The notes beneath the pieces are model-generated. The model did not search any database. It saw nothing but the letters and a program-made list of their open reading frames with translations, and was not told the origin of the DNA. A stretch of DNA of 64,000 nucleotides from Candidatus Lindowbacteria bacterium RIFCSPLOWO2_12_FULL_62_27 (GTDB lineage Bacteria > Lindowbacteria > 2-12-FULL-62-27): NCBI GenBank assembly GCA_001784175.1, contig MFPR01000004.1, positions 248,001-312,000 on the forward strand, written 5' to 3'. This document shows positions 47,692 to 55,751 of the stretch, one piece after another. A program made the translations under genes and the position numbers. The stretch's first letter is position 1. The number at the start of each line of letters is the position of its first letter.

Positions 47692-50259
47692 GTGGTCAAA
47701 TGCATCGCGATCTTTTGCGGGATGGCGATATGGCTCTACGCCGAGGGCGGCGCGGCCGGCGCGGATCCGACCGGGTATCTGAGGGCGGACGGGCGGCGGC
47801 TGGTCGACGAAGACGGCGAAACCGTGATGTTGCGCGGGATCGGCGTGAGCCGCGCGCCCGGGTTGGACATCATCCGCGCGCGGGAGGATTTGCTCAAGGC
47901 CGCCGCGCTGGGCGCGAACAGTGTCCGGCTGGATATCGATCCCTCGTGGTTCGCGGGCGACACCGCGCCCGGGGCGTTTGATTTCATCGACTCGTTTGTC
48001 ATGGTCGCCGCGCGGCAGAATCTCCGTGTGATTCTCAGCATGGACTGGCGGCCGGCCGACGACTTCACGGACGAGCCCGGCTGGGAGGATCCGGAACAGC
48101 AGGAGGAACTGGTCGGGCTGTGGATGACGATCGCGCGGAGATACCGGGACCGGCCGGAGATCGGCGCGTACCAGTTGATCCGGGCGCCGGCGCCGGAGAG
48201 CGCGCGCGAGTATGCGTTTTTCATTCAATATCTGATCGACAGCGTCCGGGAGGCCGACACGGAGCACCTGATCCTGGTGTCGGAGCCGAAAACCGGGAAC
48301 GGGCTATTTGAATTTGACGGCGTGCAGCTTGTCTATCCCATCGACCGCAACCTCGCCTACACGTTTTCGGAGTACGAGCCTGAAGCGTTCACGCGCCAGG
48401 GGCTGGACGACCGGCCGGAGGGGATTGTCTGGCCGGGAGACATTGTGGTGTCGGTGACGGAACTAGGCGAATGGAGCCGCCGGGCGGTTCAGGACAGCGT
48501 CAAGTCCACGCCGCTGAAGATCGAAGCGATCGCGCCGGATCACGCCGACTACGTCGCGCCCCGCGTCTACGTGCTGGGCGTCGGCCGCGGCCGGTTCGAG
48601 CGGATTTTGCTGGAGGAGGTGGCGGTCTTCCAGCGCGAGCCGGGCGACCTGCCGATTTTCAGCGACACCTTCAGCGCGATCCAGTCCCTCTGGCACATCG
48701 ATCCTCCGGGGGGTCGTGTCATGCTGGAACGCGGCGCGGCGGCCGGGGAGGGAAGCCTGATTCTCGAATCAAAAGGGACGATGCTTACCGCACAGCCATT
48801 CACGCCGCTGGACGCGCGGCGCATTCCCAAAGCCACGGTGAACCGGCGGTACCGGCTGACCGCGCGCGTATACGCGGGCGAGACGGCCGAGGCGGGAATC
48901 GGGCTCGTATTTTTGAGCGAGGACAAATATTTTTCAGAACCGCGGGACCTGCGCGCCCGCCTGCAGGACCGCATCGAATGGTCGCGAAAGGCGAACGCGC
49001 CGATTTTGCTCACGGAGTTTGCCGCGCCGAAACACGCGCCGGACCACATGGAAATTCAATGGATGAATGCGGTGGTCAGCGCGTGCGAGACCTACGGCGT
49101 GTCGTGGCAGTACCGGACGATGCGCGAGTACGATGATCCGGCGAGTCTGTCCGACCGGCAGGTCTACGGCTTGCTCTTCGGCCCGGCGGACGCCCCGGCC
49201 GACAGTTTCACCGTCTGGCCGGAACTTCAGAATTTTCTCCTGCAATCCTACAAAGTCCATTCGTTCGCCGAGGAGACTTTGAAGCTGGTCGAATCGCATC
49301 TCGCGGAAGGATCGCCGGCCAATCCGGTTTCGCCGCCGGCCGCCGGCTGCTGGGTCGGCGCGCAGGTTCAGGATTCCCCGCTGTCGGCGGCGCCGGCCGG
49401 GACGTTCGACGCCATCATGGACATGACCCGCAAGCTGGGCCGGCTGCCCGCGTGGGTACCGGTGTTCCGGCCCTGGGCCAACGCGCCGGGAGAATGGACG
49501 GCGTTTCCGGAGGATCATTTCCGGGACATTTCCGCGGGCGGGTCCACGCCGTTTCTGACCTGGGAGTCGCGCTGGGGTCTCGGCGAAATTTCATCGGCGA
49601 TGGTGCTGGAAGGATACGCCGACACGTACATCCGGGACTGGGCCGACGCCGCGCGCCGGTACGGGAAACCGTTTCTTCTCCGGCTCACGCGCGGAATCGA
49701 ATCGTCCGCCTACCGGCACGTCCAGAGCATTTTTGACGCGAGGGGCGTGACGAATATTTCGTGGATGTGGTCGCCGGCGGCGACACGGAGGTCAGCCGTC
49801 CCCGCCCACCGTCCGACAGGGATGTCGGACGCTCAGGCGGAGGCGGTGACGAGCGCACAGGACACGACGCATGTGGAGGACTTCGACTGGCCGTGGGATT
49901 CGCGCGTGGACTGGATCGGCCTCGGCGTCTATGACCGGCCGACGCCCGGCGGCGACGGCGAGGCAGAAGGCTTATTTCCGGCGGCGGAGGTCCGGGCGCA
50001 GGTGGACGCGGTCCGGAAATTTCACACGCCGATCTGTCTGGCCGAAATCGGCTGCGAGTCCATCCGGGGCCAGGCCGAATGGTGGGTCGACGCGCTACGG
50101 AAACTTCAGACGCCGGACCTCGCGCCGATTCGCGCGATCGTGCTGATGGAAAGCCCGCTGTTCGGCGGCGCCGCGCAGGCGGATTTCACGTTACGCAGCG
50201 GCAGCCTCTACTTCATCCACAAGGAACTCGCCAACCCGTATTTCGTGGGCGGGGACTAG
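47692..50259 (+). CDS. Secreted GH5-like + inserted beta-sandwich + GH26-like protein
   Basis: GYLRADGRRLVDEDGETVMLRG, LGANSVRL, W..IARRYRD, ILLTEF (GH5); LTWE, D.YIRDWA, WMWSP, VDWIGLGVYD, ICLAEIG (GH26). Confidence 0.75.
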   Translation: MVKCIAIFCGMAIWLYAEGGAAGADPTGYLRADGRRLVDEDGETVMLRGIGVSRAPGLDIIRAREDLLKAAALGANSVRLDIDPSWFAGDTAPGAFDFIDSFVMVAARQNLRVILSMDWRPADDFTDEPGWEDPEQQEELVGLWMTIARRYRDRPEIGAYQLIRAPAPESAREYAFFIQYLIDSVREADTEHLILVSEPKTGNGLFEFDGVQLVYPIDRNLAYTFSEYEPEAFTRQGLDDRPEGIVWPGDIVVSVTELGEWSRRAVQDSVKSTPLKIEAIAPDHADYVAPRVYVLGVGRGRFERILLEEVAVFQREPGDLPIFSDTFSAIQSLWHIDPPGGRVMLERGAAAGEGSLILESKGTMLTAQPFTPLDARRIPKATVNRRYRLTARVYAGETAEAGIGLVFLSEDKYFSEPRDLRARLQDRIEWSRKANAPILLTEFAAPKHAPDHMEIQWMNAVVSACETYGVSWQYRTMREYDDPASLSDRQVYGLLFGPADAPADSFTVWPELQNFLLQSYKVHSFAEETLKLVESHLAEGSPANPVSPPAAGCWVGAQVQDSPLSAAPAGTFDAIMDMTRKLGRLPAWVPVFRPWANAPGEWTAFPEDHFRDISAGGSTPFLTWESRWGLGEISSAMVLEGYADTYIRDWADAARRYGKPFLLRLTRGIESSAYRHVQSIFDARGVTNISWMWSPAATRRSAVPAHRPTGMSDAQAEAVTSAQDTTHVEDFDWPWDSRVDWIGLGVYDRPTPGGDGEAEGLFPAAEVRAQVDAVRKFHTPICLAEIGCESIRGQAEWWVDALRKLQTPDLAPIRAIVLMESPLFGGAAQADFTLRSGSLYFIHKELANPYFVGGD
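49776..49845. repeat. 70-bp intragenic hairpin element, copy 2
   Basis: Direct copy of 45365-45434, read in a different frame. Confidence 0.8.
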
Positions 50260-50325
50260 CACGACAACGCTATTTTTTCGACTATGGGCCAAGCCGACGG
50301 CCAAGGGTTCTCCTTCTTGGCACGC

Positions 50326-51333
50326 ATGAATCCGAACCAGATGACGATTTACGAGACCGAGGACGGGAAGGTTCGTGTCGAGGTTTTGTTCAAGGATGAA
50401 AACGTTTGGCTGACTCAAAAGCTGATGGCCGGGCTGTTTGAATGTTCCGTTGATAACGTCGCCCTCCATTTAAAAAACATCTTCTCCGAACGGGAACTGG
50501 ATGAAAAGTCAGTTACCGAGGAATCCTCGGCAACTGCCGCTGACGGCAAGAAGTACAGGACAAGATATTACAGCCTGGAAGCCATCATAGCCGTCGGTTA
50601 CAGGGTCAACACGGCCCGCGGCGCCCAATTCCGGACGTGGGCGACTGAGCGGCTGAAAAATTATATATTGAAGGGCTTCGCGATAGATAAGGACCGGTTT
50701 ATCAAGGGGTCGAAATTTGACGCGAGATATTTCGACGAGCTTCTCGAAGAGATCCGGGAGATCAGGGCCAGCGAGCGCATGGCCTATCAGAAAATCACCG
50801 ACATCTATGCGACGTCGGTGGATTATTCGCCGAACACGGCAGAAGCGGAGAGGTTCTTCGCGACAGTGCAAAATAAATTGCATTTCGCGATAACGGGAAA
50901 GACGGCGGCGGAGATCATCGCTTCGCGGGCGCGCAAGGACAAGCCCCACATGGGGCTAACCACTTGGCGGAAGGCGCCGAAGGGGAAGATATTGCCTTTG
51001 GACATTCGCCTCGCGAAAAATTATCTGAAAATTGAGGAAATGAAAAAGCTGAACCACATCGTGAACATGTATTTGGATTACGCCGAGTTCCAGGCCGGCA
51101 AGGGTCGCCTGATGCGCATGCGCGACTGGGCGGAGAAACTGGACGCGTTCCTCAAGTTCAACGAGCAGGACATTCTATTGGACAAGGGGAAAGTCTCCCA
51201 TGACGTCGCCATCGCCTTGGCCGAAAAACAATATGAAAGCTTCCGCATTGAGCAGGACAGGCGTTTCGAATCCGATTTCGATCGGGAAGTCAAAAAATTG
51301 TTGCGGAAAAAGAATAACAAGCCGGAGGATTGA
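50326..51333 (+). CDS. rhuM: Virulence RhuM family protein
   Basis: VWLTQKLMAGLF, HLKNIF, IIAVGYRVN..QFRTWAT, YFDELLEEIREIRASER..YQKITDIYA, VQNKLHFA. Confidence 0.93.
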   Translation: MNPNQMTIYETEDGKVRVEVLFKDENVWLTQKLMAGLFECSVDNVALHLKNIFSERELDEKSVTEESSATAADGKKYRTRYYSLEAIIAVGYRVNTARGAQFRTWATERLKNYILKGFAIDKDRFIKGSKFDARYFDELLEEIREIRASERMAYQKITDIYATSVDYSPNTAEAERFFATVQNKLHFAITGKTAAEIIASRARKDKPHMGLTTWRKAPKGKILPLDIRLAKNYLKIEEMKKLNHIVNMYLDYAEFQAGKGRLMRMRDWAEKLDAFLKFNEQDILLDKGKVSHDVAIALAEKQYESFRIEQDRRFESDFDREVKKLLRKKNNKPED

Positions 51334-51336
51334 CGC

Positions 51337-51586
51337 ATGTTCGAACCGCCGAAGCCCATCACCATCAAGGAACGGTTCTCTCTCCTGTTCTTGGAGCGGG
51401 GGAACTTGGACGTCATCGACGGCGCCTTCGTGGTGGTGGACAAGACCGGCGTTCGGACACAGATACCCGTCGGCGGGGTTTGCTGTTTGATGCTGGAGCC
51501 AGGCATCAGGGTGTCTCATGCGACGGTAGCTTTGGCGGCCCGGGTGGGGTGTCTTCTGGTGTGGGTGGGGGAGGCTGCGGTTCGAC
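51337..51586 (+). pseudogene. cas1: Truncated type I-E cas1 (N-terminal ~83 codons only)
   Basis: KERFSLLFLERGNLDVIDGAFV..G.RTQIPVG..CCLMLEPG.RVSHA.V.LAARVG.LLVWVGEA.VR matches the Cas1e N-terminus; similarity ends where the CRISPR repeat begins. Confidence 0.88.
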
Positions 51587-51615
51587 ACGTTCCCCACGCG
51601 CGTGGGGATGAACCC
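51587..51615 (+). CRISPR. Single orphan type I-E CRISPR repeat (no array)
   Basis: ACGTTCCCCACGCGCGTGGGGATGAACCC fits the I-E pattern GTTCCCC-N-GGGGAT.AACC; no second copy found. Confidence 0.8.
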
Positions 51616-51686
51616 CTTTCGCGTTCTTTCGCGTCTTTTCGTAGTTATTACTGGGAGCAGAAAAATATTTGACACTTCGGCAAGGT

Positions 51687-51769
51687 CGTCACCCCCGCGA
51701 AAGCGGGGGTCCAGTCGCCGTATCCGAGCGGGGGACAGCTTCTGGATTCCCGCTTTCGCGGGAATGACG
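51687..51769. repeat. REP doublet CGTCA(C/T)(C/T)CCCGCGAAAGCGGG..TCCAG, unit 1
   Basis: Two inverted GAAA-loop hairpins. Confidence 0.85.
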
Positions 51770-51854
51770 GGCGGGACATGTCAGACATTATCTGCTCTCC
51801 TTAGTAAGGGGTTTCCAGTCTGGGTGTCGGGTATTTCTGCTCCCCGTAGTAATT

Positions 51855-51967
51855 CTCGTCACCCCCGCGAAACCTGTCCCAGCATGTCGTAAGCGGCGAG
51901 CGGGGGTCCAGATACCCGTATCCGACTCGGCTGCTGCCTGGATTCCCGCTTTCGCGGGAATGACGAG
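51855..51967. repeat. REP doublet, unit 2, with ~26-bp insertion in the first loop
   Basis: Same arms as 51687-51769. Confidence 0.85.
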
Positions 51968-51996
51968 TGAAACACTACACCCGCCGCCCTCCCTGC

Positions 51997-53727
51997 CTAC
52001 TCCACCCAAAGATCGACGTGTTTGAAGGCTTTGGCGTCGACGAGGCCGCAATCGGTGATTTTGAGTTCGGGGATGACCGGCAGCGCGAGGAAGGCCAACG
52101 TCATGAAGGGGTCGCCGATGGGCGAGCCGAGCCGGTCGCGGAGCGCGTGGAAGAGGCGGTCCATCGCGTCGGAGACTTCCGGGAATGTTTTATCGCTCAT
52201 GAGTCCCGCGATGGGCAGCGGGAGTTGTTCGAGGACGGCCTCATTTTCGACGACGGCGATCCCGCCGCCGATTTTCCTGATTCGGATGATGGCTTTCATG
52301 AGATCGGCGTCGTTCATGCCGACGGCGATGACGTTGTGAGAATCGTGGGCGATGGTCTGGGCCCACGCGCCAGACTTCAAGCCAAATCCGCGAACAAATC
52401 CCACGCTGACGTGCCGCGCCTGGTGGCGGTCGACCACCACGATCTTGGCGATGTCCTTGTCCGCGTCCGGCACCGCCTCCTGCCCGCGGACCGTCGGCTC
52501 GACGTGGACTTCGCGCGTGTAGAGCGACTTGGGAATGATCTCGATCACACGGAGTTTCCCGTGCCGGACGGGCACGTAAAAGTCGGACGGCTCGAGCCAC
52601 TTGATGTTGACGGTGCTTCGGAGATGCAGGTCCTTGCGGACGGGCGGCGTATAGAGGAGATGGCCGTCACGCGCGACCAGCTCGCCGTTCTTGAAGACCA
52701 TCTCGACATTGAAAGACCGGAGATCATCCACGACCAGGAGGTCGGCGATGTAGCTGGGCGCGACGGCACCGAGATGTTCGAGTTTGAAATAGTGAGCGGT
52801 ATTGTAGGAAGCCATCTTGACCGCGAGGATCGGATCGAGTCCGAGCCGGATGGCCTTGCGGACAATCGCGTCCATGTGACCGTGGTCCCGGAGCGTGTGA
52901 GGGTGGCGATCGTCGGTCACGAACATGAACCGGGTGTGGTTGCGTTCTGTGACAAGGGGGAGTAGATCCTCAAGATTTTTGGCGAGGCTGCCCTCGCGGA
53001 TCATCACATGCATCCCTCGCGCCAGTTTTTCGGCCGCCTCCTCCAGGCTGATGCACTCGTGGTCGGATTTGATGTTGGCCGCAATATAAGCATTGAGGGG
53101 CTTACCGCGCAGGGCCGGCGCGTGGCCGTCGATGCGTTTGCCCATCGACTGGGCCAGGTCGATTTTTTCGAGGACGCTTTTGTCGGCGTTGATCACGCCG
53201 GGGTAATTCATCATTTCTGCGAGACCCACGACCCACTTATTCTGGAAAAAACTCCAGAGATCAAAGGCCGACAGTTTCGACCCGGCCGTTTCGAGGTCCG
53301 TGGCGGGGACGCAGGACGGCAGACACACAAACACGGTGAGCGGCTGATATTTCGAGGATTCGAGGATGAACCGGATGCCGTCCAGTCCGAGGACGTTGGC
53401 GATTTCGTGCGGGTCGATGATGATGGTGGTCGTCCCGTGCGGCACCACGCACCGGGCGAACTCGCCGACCGTGAGCATGGTGCTTTCGACGTGGAGGTGC
53501 CCGTCGAGGAGTCCGGGCACGAGGATTTTGCCTTTGAGATCGATTTCCTTTTCGCCGCGGTATTTTTCGGCCGACAGCCCGGCGATCTTGCCGCCCCAGA
53601 CCGCGACATCCAGTCCCTCGAGAATCCGGCCGTCGAACACATCGAGGACGTTCGCGTTCTTGAACACCAGTTGAGCCTGTTCCGCGCCGCCCGCGACGCG
53701 GATGAGATGTTCCAGTGAATCAATCAT
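51997..53727 (-). CDS. ade: Adenine deaminase
   Basis: PGLLDGHLHVES, DPHEIANV, PSCVPAT, AEMMN, DGHAP, SDHEC, IREGS, TDDRHP, AHDSHN, LPVIPELKIT. Confidence 0.97.
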   Translation of the reverse strand: MIDSLEHLIRVAGGAEQAQLVFKNANVLDVFDGRILEGLDVAVWGGKIAGLSAEKYRGEKEIDLKGKILVPGLLDGHLHVESTMLTVGEFARCVVPHGTTTIIIDPHEIANVLGLDGIRFILESSKYQPLTVFVCLPSCVPATDLETAGSKLSAFDLWSFFQNKWVVGLAEMMNYPGVINADKSVLEKIDLAQSMGKRIDGHAPALRGKPLNAYIAANIKSDHECISLEEAAEKLARGMHVMIREGSLAKNLEDLLPLVTERNHTRFMFVTDDRHPHTLRDHGHMDAIVRKAIRLGLDPILAVKMASYNTAHYFKLEHLGAVAPSYIADLLVVDDLRSFNVEMVFKNGELVARDGHLLYTPPVRKDLHLRSTVNIKWLEPSDFYVPVRHGKLRVIEIIPKSLYTREVHVEPTVRGQEAVPDADKDIAKIVVVDRHQARHVSVGFVRGFGLKSGAWAQTIAHDSHNVIAVGMNDADLMKAIIRIRKIGGGIAVVENEAVLEQLPLPIAGLMSDKTFPEVSDAMDRLFHALRDRLGSPIGDPFMTLAFLALPVIPELKITDCGLVDAKAFKHVDLWVE

Positions 53728-53735
53728 GGGATCAG

Positions 53736-53764
53736 AGTGTATCCGGGCAGGGAGGGCAAGTCAA
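53736..53764 (-). promoter_or_regulatory. sigma70 promoter TTGACT-N17-TACACT for ade (leaderless-type)
   Basis: ATG 8 nt downstream of the -10, no SD. Confidence 0.7.
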
Positions 53765-55660
53765 TCAAGGCACGGCAACGACCCGGAATCCCACGAACTG
53801 GCCCCGGTAGGCGGCTTTCAGGCCGCCCCGGTAGGCGGTGGCCATGCGTTCGGTCGTGTTGTTCCAGGATCCGCCCTTGCAGGCCCTCACCCAGCGGTTC
53901 TTGTCCGCGCCCGCGCCTTCCGCCGGACCTGTCGGATTTTTGGCCTTGCCGGTCGGCAGGCTCGCGAGATGCACGTCGCTCAGCCATTCCCAGACATTGC
54001 CGGCCATGTCATGCAGGCCGAACGGATTGGGCGGGAAACTGCCGACGGGCGCCGTCCGCTGGTTGTCCCACTGGGACCCGCACCCCTGGCAGTTGGCCAG
54101 GTTCGCGCCGGCCTCGCCGGTGCTCGTGGCGTACTCGAAATTCTTGCCGCCCCGCCCGGCGTAGACCCATTCGGCTTCCGTCGGGAGCCGGTAGGTCCGG
54201 CCGCTCATCTTGGAGAGCCATTCGCAGAACGTGTTGGCCTGGTTCCAGCTCACGCTGACGATGGGGCCGTTGTCGTCGGGCGAGTACCGGGACACGGGTT
54301 CGTCGCCGAAACTATTTTTCTCCCAGTTGAATTCGAGCCCGGTCTCTTCGAGGAATTTCCTCCACTGCCCCACCGTGATTTCGTATTTGCCCATCCAGAA
54401 TCCGTCGATCGTGACGTGGTAATCCGGCGTCAGGTCGAACGCGGCGCCGGACAGCGCGACCATGTCGATGTTGAGGTCGCCGGCCGATTCGGTGTAATCT
54501 TTGAAATCCCTGGGTGCTTTCGATTTTTTCGAGGGCCGGGGTGACGGCTTTTCTTTTTCCTTGGCCGGCGTCGGAGGCGGAGGTTCGCCGCCCAAGGCCG
54601 TGACGATTTCGGCGGGCAAGCCGGCCGAAGCGGTCCGGTCTTCCGGTTTGCCTTTCCCTGCGCCGGCCAGGACAAACTGCACGGGCGGGGCGGCGGAGGC
54701 GATCCTGTCGTCCGAGAGGGCGGCGTCGAGAATCACGAGGACGTGTTTCGCCGGGATCATATCGATCATTTCCATCAGTCTCGAAACGGAGATGGCGGAA
54801 GAAAAGTAATCGGCCGTCGGGCAGTCGGCGGGGATCAGATATCCCTTGCGCCTGCCGCCTCGCAGCTCTTGGGTGTATCCATGTCCGGCAAAATAAAGGA
54901 CGACGCGGTCGGCCTCGCTGACTTCGGCGGGCAGGCGTGTGGTGAGGAGGGACTCGATTTCTTTTCGCGTCGCCTGCTTGTTGAGCAGAATCTGCACCGA
55001 CTCAAACCCCATTTTTTTGAAGAGCCGGTCCTTGACCGCCTCCGCGCTTTTCTCGGCGAACGACAGCGCCGGCCACTGATCGTACTGGTCGATCCCGATG
55101 CATACGCCCCAGCTTTTCTTGTACGGCTGGTCCGGTCGCGCCGCAGGTTCCGCCGGCGGTTTCGGCGCCGCGACAGGCGGAGGCGGGGGCGGTGGTGGCG
55201 GAGGCGGGGGCGGAGGAGGAGGAGGTGGTGGCGGGGGAGGCGGCGGCGATGCCTTGCCGGTTTTCAGCGAGGCTGATTTCACCCACCCTGCGATGATGAC
55301 TCTGACGTAGTCATTATCCTGGACGACCATTTCCGGCCCGGACCCGCGAAAGATCAACCCGAGGATGCGCCCGTCCGGTTTTTCTTCTTTCATCGGGAGT
55401 CTCGCCGCGACTTGTGTGCGGCCGCCGGGTCCGGGGATCAACTTGAAGGCCGAAGCGTGGACCCAAGTCTGAAGTTGAATCTTCGACCAGTCGCCAAGCA
55501 CTTCCGTCCGCTTGACCGTGACTTCGCGTTCGAGGCTCGCCATGAGCCGCCCGTCCGGCTCTTCGTAGACGTTCGACGGCTCTTTGGTCGAGTAAATCTC
55601 GTCGACGGCAAACACCGGAAGACCAATTCCCAATCCGAGAATCGTGAGAAGGATTCGCAT
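53765..55660 (-). CDS. Secreted SH3-like x2 - polyPro - caspase-like (C14) - FGE/SUMF1 domain protein
   Basis: Signal peptide; GDWSKI..WV and GWVK SH3b-like; 24 Pro; IGIDQY..LLNKQAT..YFAGHG..LILDA; MGKYEITV..RLPTEAEW..PNPFGLHDMAGNVWEW..GGSW..GFR. Confidence 0.85.
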   Translation of the reverse strand: MRILLTILGLGIGLPVFAVDEIYSTKEPSNVYEEPDGRLMASLEREVTVKRTEVLGDWSKIQLQTWVHASAFKLIPGPGGRTQVAARLPMKEEKPDGRILGLIFRGSGPEMVVQDNDYVRVIIAGWVKSASLKTGKASPPPPPPPPPPPPPPPPPPPPPPPPVAAPKPPAEPAARPDQPYKKSWGVCIGIDQYDQWPALSFAEKSAEAVKDRLFKKMGFESVQILLNKQATRKEIESLLTTRLPAEVSEADRVVLYFAGHGYTQELRGGRRKGYLIPADCPTADYFSSAISVSRLMEMIDMIPAKHVLVILDAALSDDRIASAAPPVQFVLAGAGKGKPEDRTASAGLPAEIVTALGGEPPPPTPAKEKEKPSPRPSKKSKAPRDFKDYTESAGDLNIDMVALSGAAFDLTPDYHVTIDGFWMGKYEITVGQWRKFLEETGLEFNWEKNSFGDEPVSRYSPDDNGPIVSVSWNQANTFCEWLSKMSGRTYRLPTEAEWVYAGRGGKNFEYATSTGEAGANLANCQGCGSQWDNQRTAPVGSFPPNPFGLHDMAGNVWEWLSDVHLASLPTGKAKNPTGPAEGAGADKNRWVRACKGGSWNNTTERMATAYRGGLKAAYRGQFVGFRVVAVP

Positions 55661-55675
55661 CACACATAATAGATA

Positions 55676-55712
55676 CCCCCCTTTATCCCCCCTTGTAAAG
55701 GGGGGAAAGAGG
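55676..55712. repeat. CCCCCTT(G)TAAAGGGGG palindromic repeat
   Basis: Family shared with 6079-6110 and 32428-32460. Confidence 0.65.
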
Positions 55713-55751
55713 GGTTGACCCCTTTTCATCCCCCGGTTACATTCATCCGCC

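Noticed and set aside
51587-51967. Functional CRISPR array
   Set aside because: Only one I-E repeat; the downstream hairpins are REP doublets with a different sequence and no repeat-spacer periodicity.
53765-54450. Diversity-generating retroelement target (FGE/CLec-fold C-terminus)
   Set aside because: No template repeat differing at adenines and no reverse transcriptase seen in the window.
55175-55246. Phase-variable microsatellite
   Set aside because: Mixed CCG/CCT/CCC/CCA codons, not a pure repeat tract.
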